64,000 bases of DNA from Escherichia coli. Its GTDB lineage: Bacteria; Pseudomonadota; Gammaproteobacteria; Enterobacterales; Enterobacteriaceae. The stretch lies in NCBI RefSeq assembly GCF_044324785.1, contig NZ_CP172127.1. The stretch is one strand, 5' to 3'. The notes beneath the pieces are model-generated. The model was not told the origin of the DNA. It made no database searches and worked only from the letters and a program-made list of their open reading frames with translations. Position 1 is the stretch's first letter; the number at the start of each line of letters is the position of its first letter. The translations under genes were made by a program, and so were the position numbers. This document shows, one piece after another, positions 1 through 12,680 of this stretch.

Positions 1-1742
1 GCTTCGTCTTCTTTTGCCTGCACAACAGGGATAAAAAAAGCATGCCCCAGCATATGTTCTCTATCGTATAAAACCTGGATGCGATCGTTAAGCGTCTGCA
101 ATAGACGAGGCAGATCAATACCTTTAATGACAGTATCTTTCAGAACAGTAATATCTGGCAGCATCGCTTCAAAATCAAATCTGCGACGTAGTGCAGTATC
201 AAGTGCAGTAAGCGAATGATCGGCAGTGTTCATGGTACCAATTAAATAAAGGTTATTCGGTACACTAAATGGAGTGGAAGAGTATGGCAGCAATACGCTA
301 AGCGATTCTGGCTCACCAGCCCGTTTAGATGGCTCAATAAGAGTAATTAGTTCACCAAAAATTTTTGAAATATTACCCCGATTTATTTCATCAATAATGA
401 GAACATAGTTTTCCTTTTTTTCTGAAGCTACGCTCTGAGTATTCAGAGGCAGATAACGTTGATTAATTAAATAGTTAAGGATACTGCGTACATAAGATGG
501 ATTATGTACTTTTGCTCGTGGATCCTGATAAACTTGCCGAATATCCTTCAAATAGGCATTGTAACCCTGTCCTAAATCCTCTTTTTTCGATTGTGACGGG
601 AAAATTCCAAAGTTGGTTTGACTTTTATACGTCAGCTGGAAGGCCTTACCCTGTTGTGTTTCCAGCGTGATATTTTCACCTTCAGATAAACGTTCTTGTA
701 GGCGAGTAAGTGCGCTATCCAACATTTCCTGCGCACCAGCATGACCAAAGGCGGCATCCTCGCATATCTGTTTAAAAATACCTGCCTTTATTTCGTATTT
801 TACATTACCGTCATCAGTAGTCTCAGCTCTTAAACCTTCAATAAACTCTTCATAACCAAAGCTCTGATGAAAGGTGATAAAACGCACTCGATTATCTTTG
901 ATAAGCTGATCATAAATCTTTTTCAACTCGCGACGTTTTTCACTCTCATCCTTACCCTCCTGCAGGGAGTAAGCGATCGGATCACAAATTTGTACAGCAA
1001 GCTCAATAGTACGATATGTTTTACCTGTACCTGGCGGGCCATAGAGAATTGTGTTTTTAGGCAATGGCGAACTTATAATATCATCTTCTTGCTCATTTTC
1101 TTGTAAAGCACTTTCGCTTCCAACTAAACCGATAGCATTTTTATCCTGAATTTCATACGCATAGAGATGCCAAAGTGACATATTCAGCTCAATAGGGTCG
1201 ATATCATCACCCAGCGCACGATTTAGCGTTTCTTTAAGATCAACATTGCGAGCCAGCCACTCCCGTTCTCCGGAAAGACCTAGCTGGAAATGGTTGTTGC
1301 AATAATTGTAGCAACTAAAAAAATTATTAACATTCACGACACTGCTAATTTTTGATGGGTATATTGCTGCAAAAGCACGATTACAAAGAGCCCTATATAC
1401 CTTATTTAATACTCCGTCCGCTTTAAGTTTGATAAGGCGTTCAATGACCCGATTATAATTTTCTTGTGTACACTCTTCTGCTATCTGACGGGTGAGCGTT
1501 AGAAGGTCTTTTTGTGCATTTTCAAATTCAACCAATGACATCCCTCCTTGCATCAGGCTGGAGACACCATTGTCACGTTCATACCATACCTGCCGAATCG
1601 TGGCTTCAGAAAAGTTTGGTTTTTCGGCCTGAATCTGTTCTACAAGCTGGCGGTAGTGTTTGCCCCAAACTGAATTGTATTGATTATTTTTTTCAATTTG
1701 AGCACGAAAGAAGGGGGCTAATGCTGATGAATCCTGAACCAT
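1..1742 (-). CDS. McrB-family GTPase (AAA+ NTPase subunit of a McrBC-like modification-dependent restriction system); N-terminal ~580 aa present, 3' end runs off the window
   Basis: Minus-strand frame is open from the ATG at 1742 to position 1, with a stop 2 codons upstream of the ATG. Reverse translation gives Walker A GPPGTGKT, the McrB hallmark FHQSFGYEEFIEG and Walker B LIIDEINRGN. The ~440-aa region N-terminal to the NTPase does not resemble the K-12 McrB DNA-binding domain. Confidence 0.75.
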   Translation of the reverse strand, partial: MVQDSSALAPFFRAQIEKNNQYNSVWGKHYRQLVEQIQAEKPNFSEATIRQVWYERDNGVSSLMQGGMSLVEFENAQKDLLTLTRQIAEECTQENYNRVIERLIKLKADGVLNKVYRALCNRAFAAIYPSKISSVVNVNNFFSCYNYCNNHFQLGLSGEREWLARNVDLKETLNRALGDDIDPIELNMSLWHLYAYEIQDKNAIGLVGSESALQENEQEDDIISSPLPKNTILYGPPGTGKTYRTIELAVQICDPIAYSLQEGKDESEKRRELKKIYDQLIKDNRVRFITFHQSFGYEEFIEGLRAETTDDGNVKYEIKAGIFKQICEDAAFGHAGAQEMLDSALTRLQERLSEGENITLETQQGKAFQLTYKSQTNFGIFPSQSKKEDLGQGYNAYLKDIRQVYQDPRAKVHNPSYVRSILNYLINQRYLPLNTQSVASEKKENYVLIIDEINRGNISKIFGELITLIEPSKRAGEPESLSVLLPYSSTPFSVPNNLYLIGTMNTADHSLTALDTALRRRFDFEAMLPDITVLKDTVIKGIDLPRLLQTLNDRIQVLYDREHMLGHAFFIPVVQAKEDE

Positions 1743-2077
1743 CTCTTAATCCAATATGTAGGGGGGAGGGAAATTGGGATAGCCTTATCTTATCGGATTA
1801 ATCTCAAAAATGTTAAATTTTGTGATAAAAAAATAACTTTCATCCTGAAATTACCTTCTGCCCTGGAGCCACCACATTTATCTGATGACTTAACTGCAAA
1901 ACGCATGATGTTGATGGCTCTCAGAGAAGGCTATAGCATTCTTTCATACGTAAAATCGCTACTCGTTTTTCAACCTGTGTGAGGTTTCTAGTTGCATAGG
2001 GAATCAACTGTTTTTAGGTAAACATCGTTTCCAGTAAATGGATATGCCGAAATTCAGAGGGTTCCAGTAACGACATT

Positions 2078-2945
2078 ATTGAAAGCAAACATACGACATT
2101 CATTTTGCTGATAACGCTGACGGATAGTGCTTCGCCACAATGTCATTCATCTTATCCACCAGATCCAGTCGCTTGAATGTGATGTGTCCACTGCCTTTCT
2201 GAAAGTAGCGAATAGTGAACAACTCATCTTCGAAAATCTGCTGATGCGGATTATCGCGCACAAAATCCATAAACCGGATGGAGACATCATGCCGGTTATC
2301 GGGAATGGTCTTCCCATCCAGCAGGTAGAACATCCGTTCCAGATCGGCAAGCTGATCTCGCCGCCAGCCCCAGTTCAGGCTGTAGCCCCATCTGTCATGC
2401 TTCACCAGATTGTTAACGATAATCTTCTTACCGAAATAACAGGGATTATTGGTTTTGTAGTCCCAGCTTAACCCTTTAAATACATTGATAATCCCACGTT
2501 CGAAAACATCCCGTTTATTGTGGTGGAGTTGTTCAAAGGTACTCAGGATGTTGGCTTCGCTAATAGCCGGGAGATCGCCCTCCTCCAGGTTCTTTGCCCA
2601 CTGACTGCGGGCTTCGGCATCCATCAGGGTCAACATCCCGGACTTCAGCATGAGATCGCGCCAGATACCGCGGTCGATATTTCGGGTGATCACCGGCATC
2701 GCTTTGTCGGTTGGCTGCATCAGCCAGCAATCAAAGGCATATCCATTCCGCATTGCCCAGGTTCCAGCCACATTACCGCCAATACTGGATGTCAGGCTGG
2801 AGATATCATCCAGTTTTTGGATTAACGTCGCTATCTGGTTCAGTGCACTATCACGACCCGTCACGATACGCTCAATACTGGTCGAGCAAATTAGCTCGTT
2901 ATGATCGGTTAAGACTTCAGCTTCTGTTTGCATAATCTTTCATCC
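2078..2945. repeat. Copy A of an ~865-bp direct repeat (second copy at 11018..11885, ~95% identical)
   Basis: Manual alignment of the two regions shows near-identity across the whole 277/285-aa ORF and ~20 bp of flank; weaker similarity continues to ~3050 versus ~11975. Confidence 0.85.
2100..2933 (-). CDS. Conserved island-associated hypothetical protein (277 aa), paralog of 11025..11858
   Basis: Complete ORF with ATG start; protein is ~96% identical to the second copy. No family can be assigned from sequence alone. Confidence 0.6.
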   Translation of the reverse strand: MQTEAEVLTDHNELICSTSIERIVTGRDSALNQIATLIQKLDDISSLTSSIGGNVAGTWAMRNGYAFDCWLMQPTDKAMPVITRNIDRGIWRDLMLKSGMLTLMDAEARSQWAKNLEEGDLPAISEANILSTFEQLHHNKRDVFERGIINVFKGLSWDYKTNNPCYFGKKIIVNNLVKHDRWGYSLNWGWRRDQLADLERMFYLLDGKTIPDNRHDVSIRFMDFVRDNPHQQIFEDELFTIRYFQKGSGHITFKRLDLVDKMNDIVAKHYPSALSAK

Positions 2946-3239
2946 GTAAAAAAATACACTCGCCGTTAGTAGCAAACGGATTATCCACTGGTGAAAGATT
3001 GGGTAAATAATGAGATTGAAAATTGGGAAGATGACTCGCAATAAATTATCTGGTCGCCTACGGATGGGCGATGGGCATATAAAGTAGCCTCCTGACGCAA
3101 GCGGTGAATGCTGAGTAAGATGCACTAACAATCTGGTACTGAATCCCCTCCTCACCGTCATACAAATCTGAAAAACCAAACAACTTCCGGTAAAATCCCG
3201 GCAAAAGCCGACGTTAAAAACACATTCAAAGGATAAAAA

Positions 3240-4792
3240 ATGACCAGTCTTCAGCAGCGCGCGGAGCTTCATCGCCAAATCTGGCAAATTGCTAACGATG
3301 TCAGAGGTTCGGTCGATGGATGGGACTTTAAGCAATACGTTCTGGGCGCGCTTTTCTACCGTTTTATCAGCGAAAATTTTTCCAGCTATATTGAAGCCGG
3401 TGATGACAGCATCTGTTATGCGAAACTGGATGACAGCGTAATTACTGATGACATTAAAGACGATGCCATCAAAACCAAAGGCTACTTCATCTACCCAAGT
3501 CAGCTTTTCTGCAACGTAGCTGCGAAAGCAAATACCAATGACAGACTGAATGCAGATTTAAACAGCATCTTCGTTGCTATCGAAAGTTCTGCTTACGGTT
3601 ACCCTTCAGAAGCTGACATCAAAGGTTTGTTTGCTGATTTCGATACCACCAGTAACCGCCTGGGTAACACCGTTAAGGATAAAAATGCCCGCCTGGCCGC
3701 GGTTCTGAAAGGGGTTGAAGGATTAAAACTTGGTGACTTCAACGAACATCAGATTGACCTGTTCGGCGATGCCTATGAGTTCCTGATTTCTAACTATGCG
3801 GCGAATGCTGGTAAGTCAGGCGGCGAGTTCTTTACACCGCAGCACGTCTCTAAGCTGATTGCACAACTGGCTATGCACGGGCAGACCCACGTTAACAAAA
3901 TCTACGACCCGGCAGCAGGTTCCGGTTCGCTGTTGTTGCAGGCTAAAAAACAGTTCGATGACCACATCATCGAAGAAGGCTTTTTCGGTCAGGAAATCAA
4001 CCATACGACCTATAACCTGGCGCGTATGAACATGTTTTTGCACAACATCAACTACGACAAGTTTGATATCAAGCTGGGCAATACGCTGACTGAGCCGCAC
4101 TTCAGAGATGAAAAACCGTTTGATGCCATCGTTTCTAACCCACCGTATTCGGTGAAATGGATTGGCAGCGATGATCCGACGCTGATTAACGATGAGCGTT
4201 TTGCCCCAGCTGGCGTCCTGGCCCCCAAATCAAAAGCTGACTTCGCGTTTGTATTACATGCGCTGAACTATCTTTCTGCCAAAGGTCGTGCTGCGATTGT
4301 CTGCTTCCCGGGCATTTTTTACCGTGGCGGCGCGGAGCAGAAAATCCGTCAGTATCTGGTTGACAATAACTATGTCGAAACCGTGATTTCACTCGCACCG
4401 AACCTGTTCTTTGGCACCACCATTGCCGTAAATATTCTGGTGCTGTCTAAACATAAAACGGATACCAAAGTTCAGTTTATTGACGCCAGCGAACTGTTCA
4501 AAAAAGAGACTAACAACAACATCCTGACCGATGCCCATATAGAAAAAATTATGCAGGTATTTGCCAGCAAGGAAGATGTTGCTCATCTGGCGAAATCTGT
4601 TGCGTTTGAGACTGTTGTCGCGAATGACTATAACCTGTCGGTGAGCAGCTATGTGGAAGCGAAAGATAACCGCGAAATTATCGATATCGGTGAGCTGAAT
4701 GCTGAGCTGAAAACCACGGTCAGCAAAATCGACCAGTTGCGCAAAGATATTGATGCGATTGTGGCTGAAATTGAAGGCTGCGAGGTGCAGAA

Positions 4793-4796
<4 letters not shown>
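3240..4796 (+). CDS. hsdM: Type I restriction-modification system methyltransferase subunit HsdM (type IC-like, EcoR124/Ecoprr family)
   Basis: 518-aa ORF with AAGGA ribosome-binding site; N6-adenine methyltransferase motif NPPY ([11 protein letters not shown]) and AdoMet motif DPAAGSGSL. Gene order M-S-R with hsdS starting inside the hsdM stop (ATGA) matches type IC organisation. Confidence 0.9.
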
Positions 4797-5962
<1,166 letters not shown>

Positions 5963-6083
5963 TTGACCATTATTACAGACCGGACCATCTTAATATCCGG
6001 TCAGTATATAGACTATTTTTTACACGCCGGAAGTCACCATTAACCCCCTTCCGGCCCTTGCCAGACGGCACAAAGGATGCGCT

Positions 6084-9000
6084 ATGACTCATCAAACACA
6101 CACCATTGCTGAATCCAATAACTTTATCGTTCTTGATAAGTACATCAAAGCTGAGCAAACAGGCGACAGCTATCAGAGCGAATCGGACCTGGAACGTGAA
6201 CTGATTCAGGACCTGCGGAATCAGGGCTATGAATTTATATCCGTAAAATCACAGTCGGCGATGCTGGTCAATGTTCGACAACAGGTTCAGAACCTCAATG
6301 GTGTGGTGTTTAATGACAGCGAATGGCGACGTTTCACGGAGCAGTATCTGGACAACCCGAGCGATGGTATTCTGGATAAGACCCGTAAAATCCATATCGA
6401 CTATATTTGCGACTTTATTTTTGATGACGGGCGTCTTGAGAATATCTATCTGATAGATAAAAAGAATCTCATGCGCAACAAGGTGCAGATTATCCAGCAG
6501 TTTGAACAGGCAGGTTCTCACGCTAACCGTTATGACGTCACGATCCTGGTTAATGGCTTGCCGCTGGTGCAAATCGAACTGAAAAAGCGCGGCGTGGCGA
6601 TTCGTGAGGCTTTCAACCAGATACATCGTTACAGTAAAGAGAGTTTTAACAGCGAAAATTCTCTGTTTAAGTATCTGCAACTGTTTGTCATTTCTAACGG
6701 CACCGATACCCGTTACTTTGCCAACACCACAAAGCGTGATAAAAACAGTTTTGACTTCACAATGAACTGGGCGAAATCAGACAACACGCTGATTAAAGAC
6801 CTCAAAGATTTTACCGCTACCTTTTTCCAGAAACATACTCTGCTTAATGTTCTGGTGAACTACAGCGTGTTCGATATTAGCCAGACGCTACTGGTGATGC
6901 GACCGTACCAGATTGCCGCCACCGAACGAATCTTATGGAAAATCAACAGCTCCTATAAAGCGAAAAACTGGTCTAACCCCGAAAGTGGTGGCTTTATCTG
7001 GCACACTACCGGTTCTGGTAAAACACTGACCAGCTTTAAAGCCGCGCGTCTGGCAACAGAACTGGACTTTATTGATAAAGTCTTCTTCGTGGTCGACAGG
7101 AAAGATCTCGATTACCAGACCATGAAGGAATATCAGCGTTTTTCGCCAGATAGTGTTAATGGCTCGGAAAATACCGCAGGCCTTAAACGAAATCTGGATA
7201 AGGACGATAACAAAATTATCGTCACCACTATTCAGAAACTTAATAACCTGATGAAAGCAGAAAGCGACCTGCCTGTATACAATCAGCAAGTGGTGTTTAT
7301 ATTTGATGAATGCCACCGCAGCCAGTTTGGAGAAGCGCAGAAAAACCTGAAGAAGAAATTCAAACGCTATTATCAGTTTGGTTTTACCGGTACCCCTATT
7401 TTCCCGGAAAACGCTTTAGGTTCAGAAACGACCGCCAGCGTATTTGGTCGTGAATTGCATTCATATGTGATTACCGATGCGATTCGAGATGAAAAAGTGC
7501 TTAAATTCAAGGTGGACTATAACGATGTGCGGCCACAGTTTAAGTCTTTAGAGACAGAAACCGACGAGAAAAAACTGAGTGCGGCTGAAAATCAACTGGC
7601 GTTCCTTCATCCCATGCGTATTCAGGAAATCACGCAATATATCCTGAACAACTTCCGCCAGAAGACCCACCGTACTTACCCCGGCTCCAAAGGTTTTAAT
7701 GCCATGCTGGCAGTAAGCAGCGTGGATGCCGCGAAAGCCTATTACGCGACATTTAAACGGTTACAAGAAGAAGCCGCTAATAAATCTGCAACTTATAAAC
7801 CACTGCGTGTTGCAACAATCTTCTCCTTTGCCGCTAATGAAGAACAAAATGCCATTGGTGAAATTTTCGATGAAACTTTTGATACCAGCGCAATGGACAG
7901 CAGTGCTAAAGAGTTTCTTGACGCTGCAATTCGTGAGTATAACAGCTATTTTAAAACTAACTTCAGCACCGACAGTAACGGTTTTCAGAACTACTATCGT
8001 GATTTAGCCCAACGGGTTAAAAATCAGGATATCGATCTGTTAATTGTCGTGGGGATGTTTTTAACCGGCTTCGATGCTCCAACATTGAACACGCTATTCG
8101 TCGATAAAAACTTGCGTTTTCACGGTCTGATGCAGGCATTTTCCCGCACCAACCGCATTTATGACGCCACTAAAACCTTCGGTAACATTGTCACTTTTCG
8201 GGATCTGGAACGCTCAACCATTGATGCCATAACGCTGTTTGGTGATAAAAATACCAAAAATGTGGTGTTAGAAAAGAGTTATGCAGAGTATATGGAAGGT
8301 TTTACTGATGCTGCCACCGGTGAAGCCAAACGCGGCTTTATGGCAGTAGTTTCAGAACTGGAACAACGGTTCCCTGACCCTGCCAGTATTGAAAGTGAAA
8401 AAGAGAAGAAAGACTTCGTAAAACTGTTTGGTGAATACCTGCGTGCCGAGAACATTCTGCAAAACTATGATGAATTTGCCACGCTGAAAGCCCTGCAACA
8501 AATCGATCTTAGCGATCCTGTTGCGGTAGAAAAATTCAAAGAAGAACATTATGTGGATGATGAAAAGTTCGCTGAATTACAAACGATTCGTCTCCCTGCT
8601 GATCGCAAGATTCAGGATTACCGTTCAGCCTATAACGATATTCGTGACTGGCAGCGCCGTGAGAAAGAAGCTGACAAAAAAGAAAAATCAACCACCGACT
8701 GGGATGACGTGGTTTTTGAGGTCGATTTGCTGAAGTCTCAGGAAATAAACCTGGATTATATCCTTGGACTGATTTTCGAACACAACAGACAAAACAAAGG
8801 TAAGGGCGAAATGACCGAAGAGGTCAAACGCTTAATTCGTTCAAGCCTTGGGAACCGTGCCAAAGAAGGATTGGTGGTCGATTTTATTCAGCAAACGAAC
8901 CTGGATGATTTGCCGGATAAAGCCAGCATCATTGACGCGTTCTTTACCTTTGCTCAACGCGAACAGCAACGTGAAGCAGAAGCATTGATCAAAGAAGAAA

Positions 9001-9200
9001 ATCTCAATGAAGAGGCGGCGAAACGCTATATTCGCACGTCTTTAAAACGCGAATACGCCACCGAAAATGGCACGGAATTAAACGAGACATTGCCAAAACT
9101 CAGTCCGTTAAATCCGCAATATAAGACGAAAAAACAGACGGTTTTCCAGAAGATCGTCGCGTTTATTGAGAAGTTTAAAGGTGTAGGCGGGCAGATATAA
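6084..9200 (+). CDS. hsdR: Type I restriction enzyme endonuclease/translocase subunit HsdR (type IC-like)
   Basis: 1038 aa; superfamily-2 helicase motifs TGSGKT (Walker A) and DECHRSQ (DEAH box), N-terminal nuclease region; AAGGA ribosome-binding site; follows hsdMS as in type IC loci. Confidence 0.9.
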   Translation: MTHQTHTIAESNNFIVLDKYIKAEQTGDSYQSESDLERELIQDLRNQGYEFISVKSQSAMLVNVRQQVQNLNGVVFNDSEWRRFTEQYLDNPSDGILDKTRKIHIDYICDFIFDDGRLENIYLIDKKNLMRNKVQIIQQFEQAGSHANRYDVTILVNGLPLVQIELKKRGVAIREAFNQIHRYSKESFNSENSLFKYLQLFVISNGTDTRYFANTTKRDKNSFDFTMNWAKSDNTLIKDLKDFTATFFQKHTLLNVLVNYSVFDISQTLLVMRPYQIAATERILWKINSSYKAKNWSNPESGGFIWHTTGSGKTLTSFKAARLATELDFIDKVFFVVDRKDLDYQTMKEYQRFSPDSVNGSENTAGLKRNLDKDDNKIIVTTIQKLNNLMKAESDLPVYNQQVVFIFDECHRSQFGEAQKNLKKKFKRYYQFGFTGTPIFPENALGSETTASVFGRELHSYVITDAIRDEKVLKFKVDYNDVRPQFKSLETETDEKKLSAAENQLAFLHPMRIQEITQYILNNFRQKTHRTYPGSKGFNAMLAVSSVDAAKAYYATFKRLQEEAANKSATYKPLRVATIFSFAANEEQNAIGEIFDETFDTSAMDSSAKEFLDAAIREYNSYFKTNFSTDSNGFQNYYRDLAQRVKNQDIDLLIVVGMFLTGFDAPTLNTLFVDKNLRFHGLMQAFSRTNRIYDATKTFGNIVTFRDLERSTIDAITLFGDKNTKNVVLEKSYAEYMEGFTDAATGEAKRGFMAVVSELEQRFPDPASIESEKEKKDFVKLFGEYLRAENILQNYDEFATLKALQQIDLSDPVAVEKFKEEHYVDDEKFAELQTIRLPADRKIQDYRSAYNDIRDWQRREKEADKKEKSTTDWDDVVFEVDLLKSQEINLDYILGLIFEHNRQNKGKGEMTEEVKRLIRSSLGNRAKEGLVVDFIQQTNLDDLPDKASIIDAFFTFAQREQQREAEALIKEENLNEEAAKRYIRTSLKREYATENGTELNETLPKLSPLNPQYKTKKQTVFQKIVAFIEKFKGVGGQI

Positions 9201-9214
9201 TGTATTAATCCGAA

Positions 9215-9244
9215 CCTGATCTGGCAGATAGCTGTCAGATCAGG
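9215..9244. terminator. 9-bp-stem inverted repeat between convergent hsdR and abiEii (possible bidirectional terminator)
   Basis: CCTGATCTG-12 nt-CAGATCAGG immediately after the hsdR stop; no strong U-tract, so efficiency is uncertain. Confidence 0.35.
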
Positions 9245-9619
9245 ACTGAGCTAATACAAATTAATATCGAACCGAAAATACCAACGCCTGTACCAACATT
9301 TTTCGTTTGCGATGGGTTGGAATTGGTTAGCCCTGAGAGAGTTAAAATAGCGAGAAAGATAGGTAACTAATGGATCACTGGTACAAAAAAAGCCGCTCTT
9401 GAGCGACTTGATTTGCATACGGTGTGGTGCGAAGGCCGGACCGCTCTTTCAAACATAATTCATTGAAATTAATGTGATTTATTAACCCAAAAATCATTTT
9501 GTATACTCACATGTATACTCAGCGCGATTCTCTGAGAAATCAACAACCTGAATAATCAGTCGGTACTTTAACGCTTCACAATGTTTATCGGAATTTCAAG
9601 TAAAGACAAATGCTGCATA

Positions 9620-10567
9620 TCAAGCATTCAGGATGGATAACGCTAAGCTCCTAAACCTGGAGTAAGCCTCATCCCATGTGATCTTTCGCTCTCCATACAC
9701 CATTGGCGAAACAAACTGCTGATAGCGCATCTGGTAGAGAGGATTGTTCGCCAGCTCATCCAGTCCCATTTTTAGCTCATCAACTGGAGACGCGCAAAAC
9801 TGCGGGTACTGGTTGCCGTAACGTTGAATGTCCTGCTCAATAGTTTGTTGAACAAAATCAACGAGCAGACTCATATCAACATGACTCGTCTCAACAATAC
9901 AGTTTGTATCGTAGATATGACGTACCAGCGATGCATCATCAAATCGCTCAACATCTCGCACAACTGCCGCAGTACGGCGTAACATCGCCACCAGCTTTTC
10001 AGCCTGTGTGCTAATGATAGTTGCGCATGGAAACGCTGAAACAATAGCCGCTTTTCCCGTGATCCCTGTTACCAGTGAATGAATATCCCGTAATTCAGAA
10101 GGCTCCAGTAACTTCGCTTCCATCAATTCCAGCCGGATAAAAGGACGCAAACAAGGTGCCTGCACCACTCGCTGTGGATAACGAACAGGTATGTCATTAT
10201 AACGATATTCATCCCGCGTCACTTTTGGGTAATCATCATCAAAATTGAACACACCCGATGAAGCTATTGCACTGGAAACTGCCTGAACAATTTCTTTACG
10301 GGTATTTTTTCGCTGAGTGCGGGAAAGTGCCTGAAATGCATCCTTAGGCACCAGTTTGATATCCACATCTTCCGACATGCGATTAAGTGCGACACCTGAT
10401 TTTGCCAGAGCGGTTCCTCCGGCAAACACCAATTGATGAGTATCGAACACCAGAGGTTTAAGCAATTGCAAAAGCTCAACGATATAGTGATCTTTTTCCA
10501 CAATTGCGACAGACTCAATACCAAGCGCGTCAGCCACTTCAGAAAAAAGAGTGGTTAAATCATCCAT
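9620..10567 (-). CDS. AbiEii/AbiGii-family nucleotidyltransferase toxin (type IV toxin-antitoxin / abortive infection)
   Basis: 315 aa; nucleotidyltransferase-fold motif LVFAGGTAL near the N-terminus; overlaps the upstream small wHTH gene by 8 bp, the typical AbiEi-AbiEii arrangement. Confidence 0.7.
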   Translation of the reverse strand: MDDLTTLFSEVADALGIESVAIVEKDHYIVELLQLLKPLVFDTHQLVFAGGTALAKSGVALNRMSEDVDIKLVPKDAFQALSRTQRKNTRKEIVQAVSSAIASSGVFNFDDDYPKVTRDEYRYNDIPVRYPQRVVQAPCLRPFIRLELMEAKLLEPSELRDIHSLVTGITGKAAIVSAFPCATIISTQAEKLVAMLRRTAAVVRDVERFDDASLVRHIYDTNCIVETSHVDMSLLVDFVQQTIEQDIQRYGNQYPQFCASPVDELKMGLDELANNPLYQMRYQQFVSPMVYGERKITWDEAYSRFRSLALSILNA

Positions 10568-10955
10568 TTAATCTGCTGTTCCCTACAGATAATACGCGTT
10601 TAAAACGCCGGGGGGTTTTTATCTCGGGTGAAGCTGGGATCTGCGTAGAAGTACCGCTATTGTATGCCTGCGTTGCGCCAGCAAAACGATAGCGTACTTT
10701 CAGGCGTTCCAGCGTTTCGACAATCACCGCTGAAGAGCCTCCGGGAGCCGCTGGCATTACCTTGCCTGTAATACCGTTCCGCCGTGCTTTGGTATACACG
10801 CCATAACCAACCTTCAACAGTTGCCCTTCCCTGACAAGATCGCGCAATACCCGACCAACCTGATCGTAGCCTGCAATATCTTTAAAGTCGTCACGAGTGA
10901 ATACGTAACGTTTAGAACGTTTCAGTCGTGACTGAATGCGTGCTTTTATCGTCAT
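10560..10955 (-). CDS. AbiEi-like antitoxin / winged-helix regulator (short form, ~131 aa)
   Basis: Start chosen at the ATG preceded by AGGAGG (MTIKARIQ...); the ORF-track start at 11024 abuts the upstream gene and lacks a ribosome-binding site. Basic N-terminus; translationally coupled to the toxin. Confidence 0.55.
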   Translation of the reverse strand: MTIKARIQSRLKRSKRYVFTRDDFKDIAGYDQVGRVLRDLVREGQLLKVGYGVYTKARRNGITGKVMPAAPGGSSAVIVETLERLKVRYRFAGATQAYNSGTSTQIPASPEIKTPRRFKRVLSVGNSRLNG

Positions 10956-11017
10956 ATTCGCCTCCTGAGTCATTGCATAAAGAGTAGCAAAAATACGACA
11001 TTTTAGATAGCAAACAT

Positions 11018-11885
11018 ACGACATTCATTTTGCTGATAACGCTGACGGAAAGTGCTTCGCCACGATATCATTCATCTTATCCACCAGATCCAGCCGCTTG
11101 AATGTGATATGCCCACTGCCCTTCTGAAAGTAGCGAATAGTGAACAACTCATCTTCGAAAATCTGCTGATGCGGATTATCGCGCACAAAATCCATAAACC
11201 GGATGGAGACATCATGCCGGTTATCGGGAATGGTCTTCCCATCCAGCAGGTAGAACATCCGTTCCAGATCGGCAAGCTGATCTCGCCGCCAGCCCCAGTT
11301 CAGGCTGTAGCCCCATCTGTCATGCTTCACCAGATTGTTAACGATAATCTTCTTACCGAAATAACAGGGATTATTGGTTTTGTAGTCCCAGCTCAATCCC
11401 TTAAATACATTGATAACCCCACGTTCGAAAACGTCCTGCTTATTGTGGTGGAGTTGTTCAAAGGTACTCAGGATGTTGGCTTCGCTAATCGCCGGGAGAT
11501 CGCCCTCCTCCAGGTTCTTTGCCCACTGACTGCGGGCTTCGGCATCCATCAGAGTCAACATCCCGGACTTCAGCATGAGATCGCGCCAGATGCTGCGATC
11601 GATATTGCGGGTGATCGCCGACATCGCTTTGTCGGTTGGTTGCATCAACCAGCAGTCAAAGGCATATCCATTACGCATTCCCCAGGTTCCAGCCACATCA
11701 CCGCCAATACTGGATGTCAGACTGGAGATATCATGAAGTTTTTGGATTAACGTCGCTATCTGGTTCAGTGCACTATCACGACCCGTCACGATACGTTCAA
11801 TGCTGGTCGAGCAAATTAGTTCGTTATGATCGGTTAAGACTTCAGCTTCTGTTTGCATAATCTTTTGTCCGTATAAAAGCAAATG
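11018..11885. repeat. Copy B of the ~865-bp direct repeat (see 2078..2945)
   Basis: Manual alignment, ~95% identity. Confidence 0.85.
11025..11858 (-). CDS. Conserved island-associated hypothetical protein (277 aa from MQTEAEV), paralog of 2100..2933
   Basis: Start set at the ATG corresponding to the start of copy A; the ORF track extends 8 codons further upstream. Confidence 0.6.
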   Translation of the reverse strand: MQTEAEVLTDHNELICSTSIERIVTGRDSALNQIATLIQKLHDISSLTSSIGGDVAGTWGMRNGYAFDCWLMQPTDKAMSAITRNIDRSIWRDLMLKSGMLTLMDAEARSQWAKNLEEGDLPAISEANILSTFEQLHHNKQDVFERGVINVFKGLSWDYKTNNPCYFGKKIIVNNLVKHDRWGYSLNWGWRRDQLADLERMFYLLDGKTIPDNRHDVSIRFMDFVRDNPHQQIFEDELFTIRYFQKGSGHITFKRLDLVDKMNDIVAKHFPSALSAK

Positions 11886-11972
11886 CGCCAGCCATGAACA
11901 GCAGGCGCATTATGCAGGGAGTTATGAGGGAAGTAATTTTGGCGATGTAAATCGGGAAGGAGACTCGCAGAT

Positions 11973-12314
11973 TCACCGTACCGTGGTGTTATGGCAGCGG
12001 CGCAGCAGACCTGTAGCCTGCCGCGCCCGTAAAATATCGACCGCACGAAGATAAGGCGTCTGTTCCTGCCAGCTAAATCCTTTCCTGTCGATACGGATCA
12101 ATTCGTACTTCTCCACCAAAAAATTGATGGCATCGACCAGAGTGATTCCGGCATCTATGTGTTCCTGAATCACCTTTTCATTGTTGAATGGTGTGTCATT
12201 AAGATTCAGCCCGTAGTGCTGCTCCAGCAGGCGGGCCAGTAATATTTGCCAGACCACGACGGGCGACAGATATGACGTCGTCGCCCGCAGCGTCGTTGCA
12301 GGAATAATTTTCAT
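11973..12314 (-). CDS. CbtA/YeeV/YkfI-family toxin (type IV toxin-antitoxin; cytoskeleton-targeting toxin family)
   Basis: 113 aa; strong recalled similarity to YeeV ([21 protein letters not shown]...IQEHIDAGI...VNFLVEKY...[11 protein letters not shown]). Confidence 0.8.
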   Translation of the reverse strand: MKIIPATTLRATTSYLSPVVVWQILLARLLEQHYGLNLNDTPFNNEKVIQEHIDAGITLVDAINFLVEKYELIRIDRKGFSWQEQTPYLRAVDILRARQATGLLRRCHNTTVR

Positions 12315-12344
12315 AACGATGTTCCGTATTAAGGAGGTTAAAAC

Positions 12345-12680
12345 TCAGCGTTGAGTGGGATAAATAGCGATATAGACGTAACCACAGGAACCCAGCGTAT
12401 CGGCTTCGCAGGTTAGTCCTTTGGCGTATAGCGTGACGGTACGTTGTTGGCAGGGGGAGAGTTCACCGTCAGCCAGTTTCAGCTCCAGTTGTTTCATCAG
12501 CACCGGAAAAGCCTGGTCGATATGCAGCAGATCCGGGGAGCTGAATTTCCCGGTGATTGCGGCCCGATCAGCTAGGTAATGCAGGTTATGTCTTTCCTGT
12601 ACCAGTCGAGCAGTGAAGCGTGGTGTTACGGTACAGGGAAGCCCCCATTCTTGTTGCATGACCTTGTCCTTTTGCAGCAT
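12345..12680 (-). CDS. CbeA/YeeU/YafW-family antitoxin
   Basis: 111 aa; recalled similarity to YeeU (WGLPCTVTP-F-ARLVQE...LHYLADRA...LMKQLEL...TVTLYAKGLTC-ADTLGSCGYVY); directly upstream of the toxin. Confidence 0.8.
   Translation of the reverse strand: MLQKDKVMQQEWGLPCTVTPRFTARLVQERHNLHYLADRAAITGKFSSPDLLHIDQAFPVLMKQLELKLADGELSPCQQRTVTLYAKGLTCEADTLGSCGYVYIAIYPTQR

Noticed and set aside
867-1801. Small plus-strand ORFs (867..1106, 1514..1801)
   Set aside because: Embedded antisense in the McrB-family gene, whose minus-strand frame carries clear NTPase motifs.
11052-11750. 232-aa plus-strand ORF (and its counterpart 2127..2471)
   Set aside because: Antisense to the duplicated 277-aa gene; it is split by stops in copy A while the minus-strand frame is intact in both copies, so the minus-strand frame is the gene.
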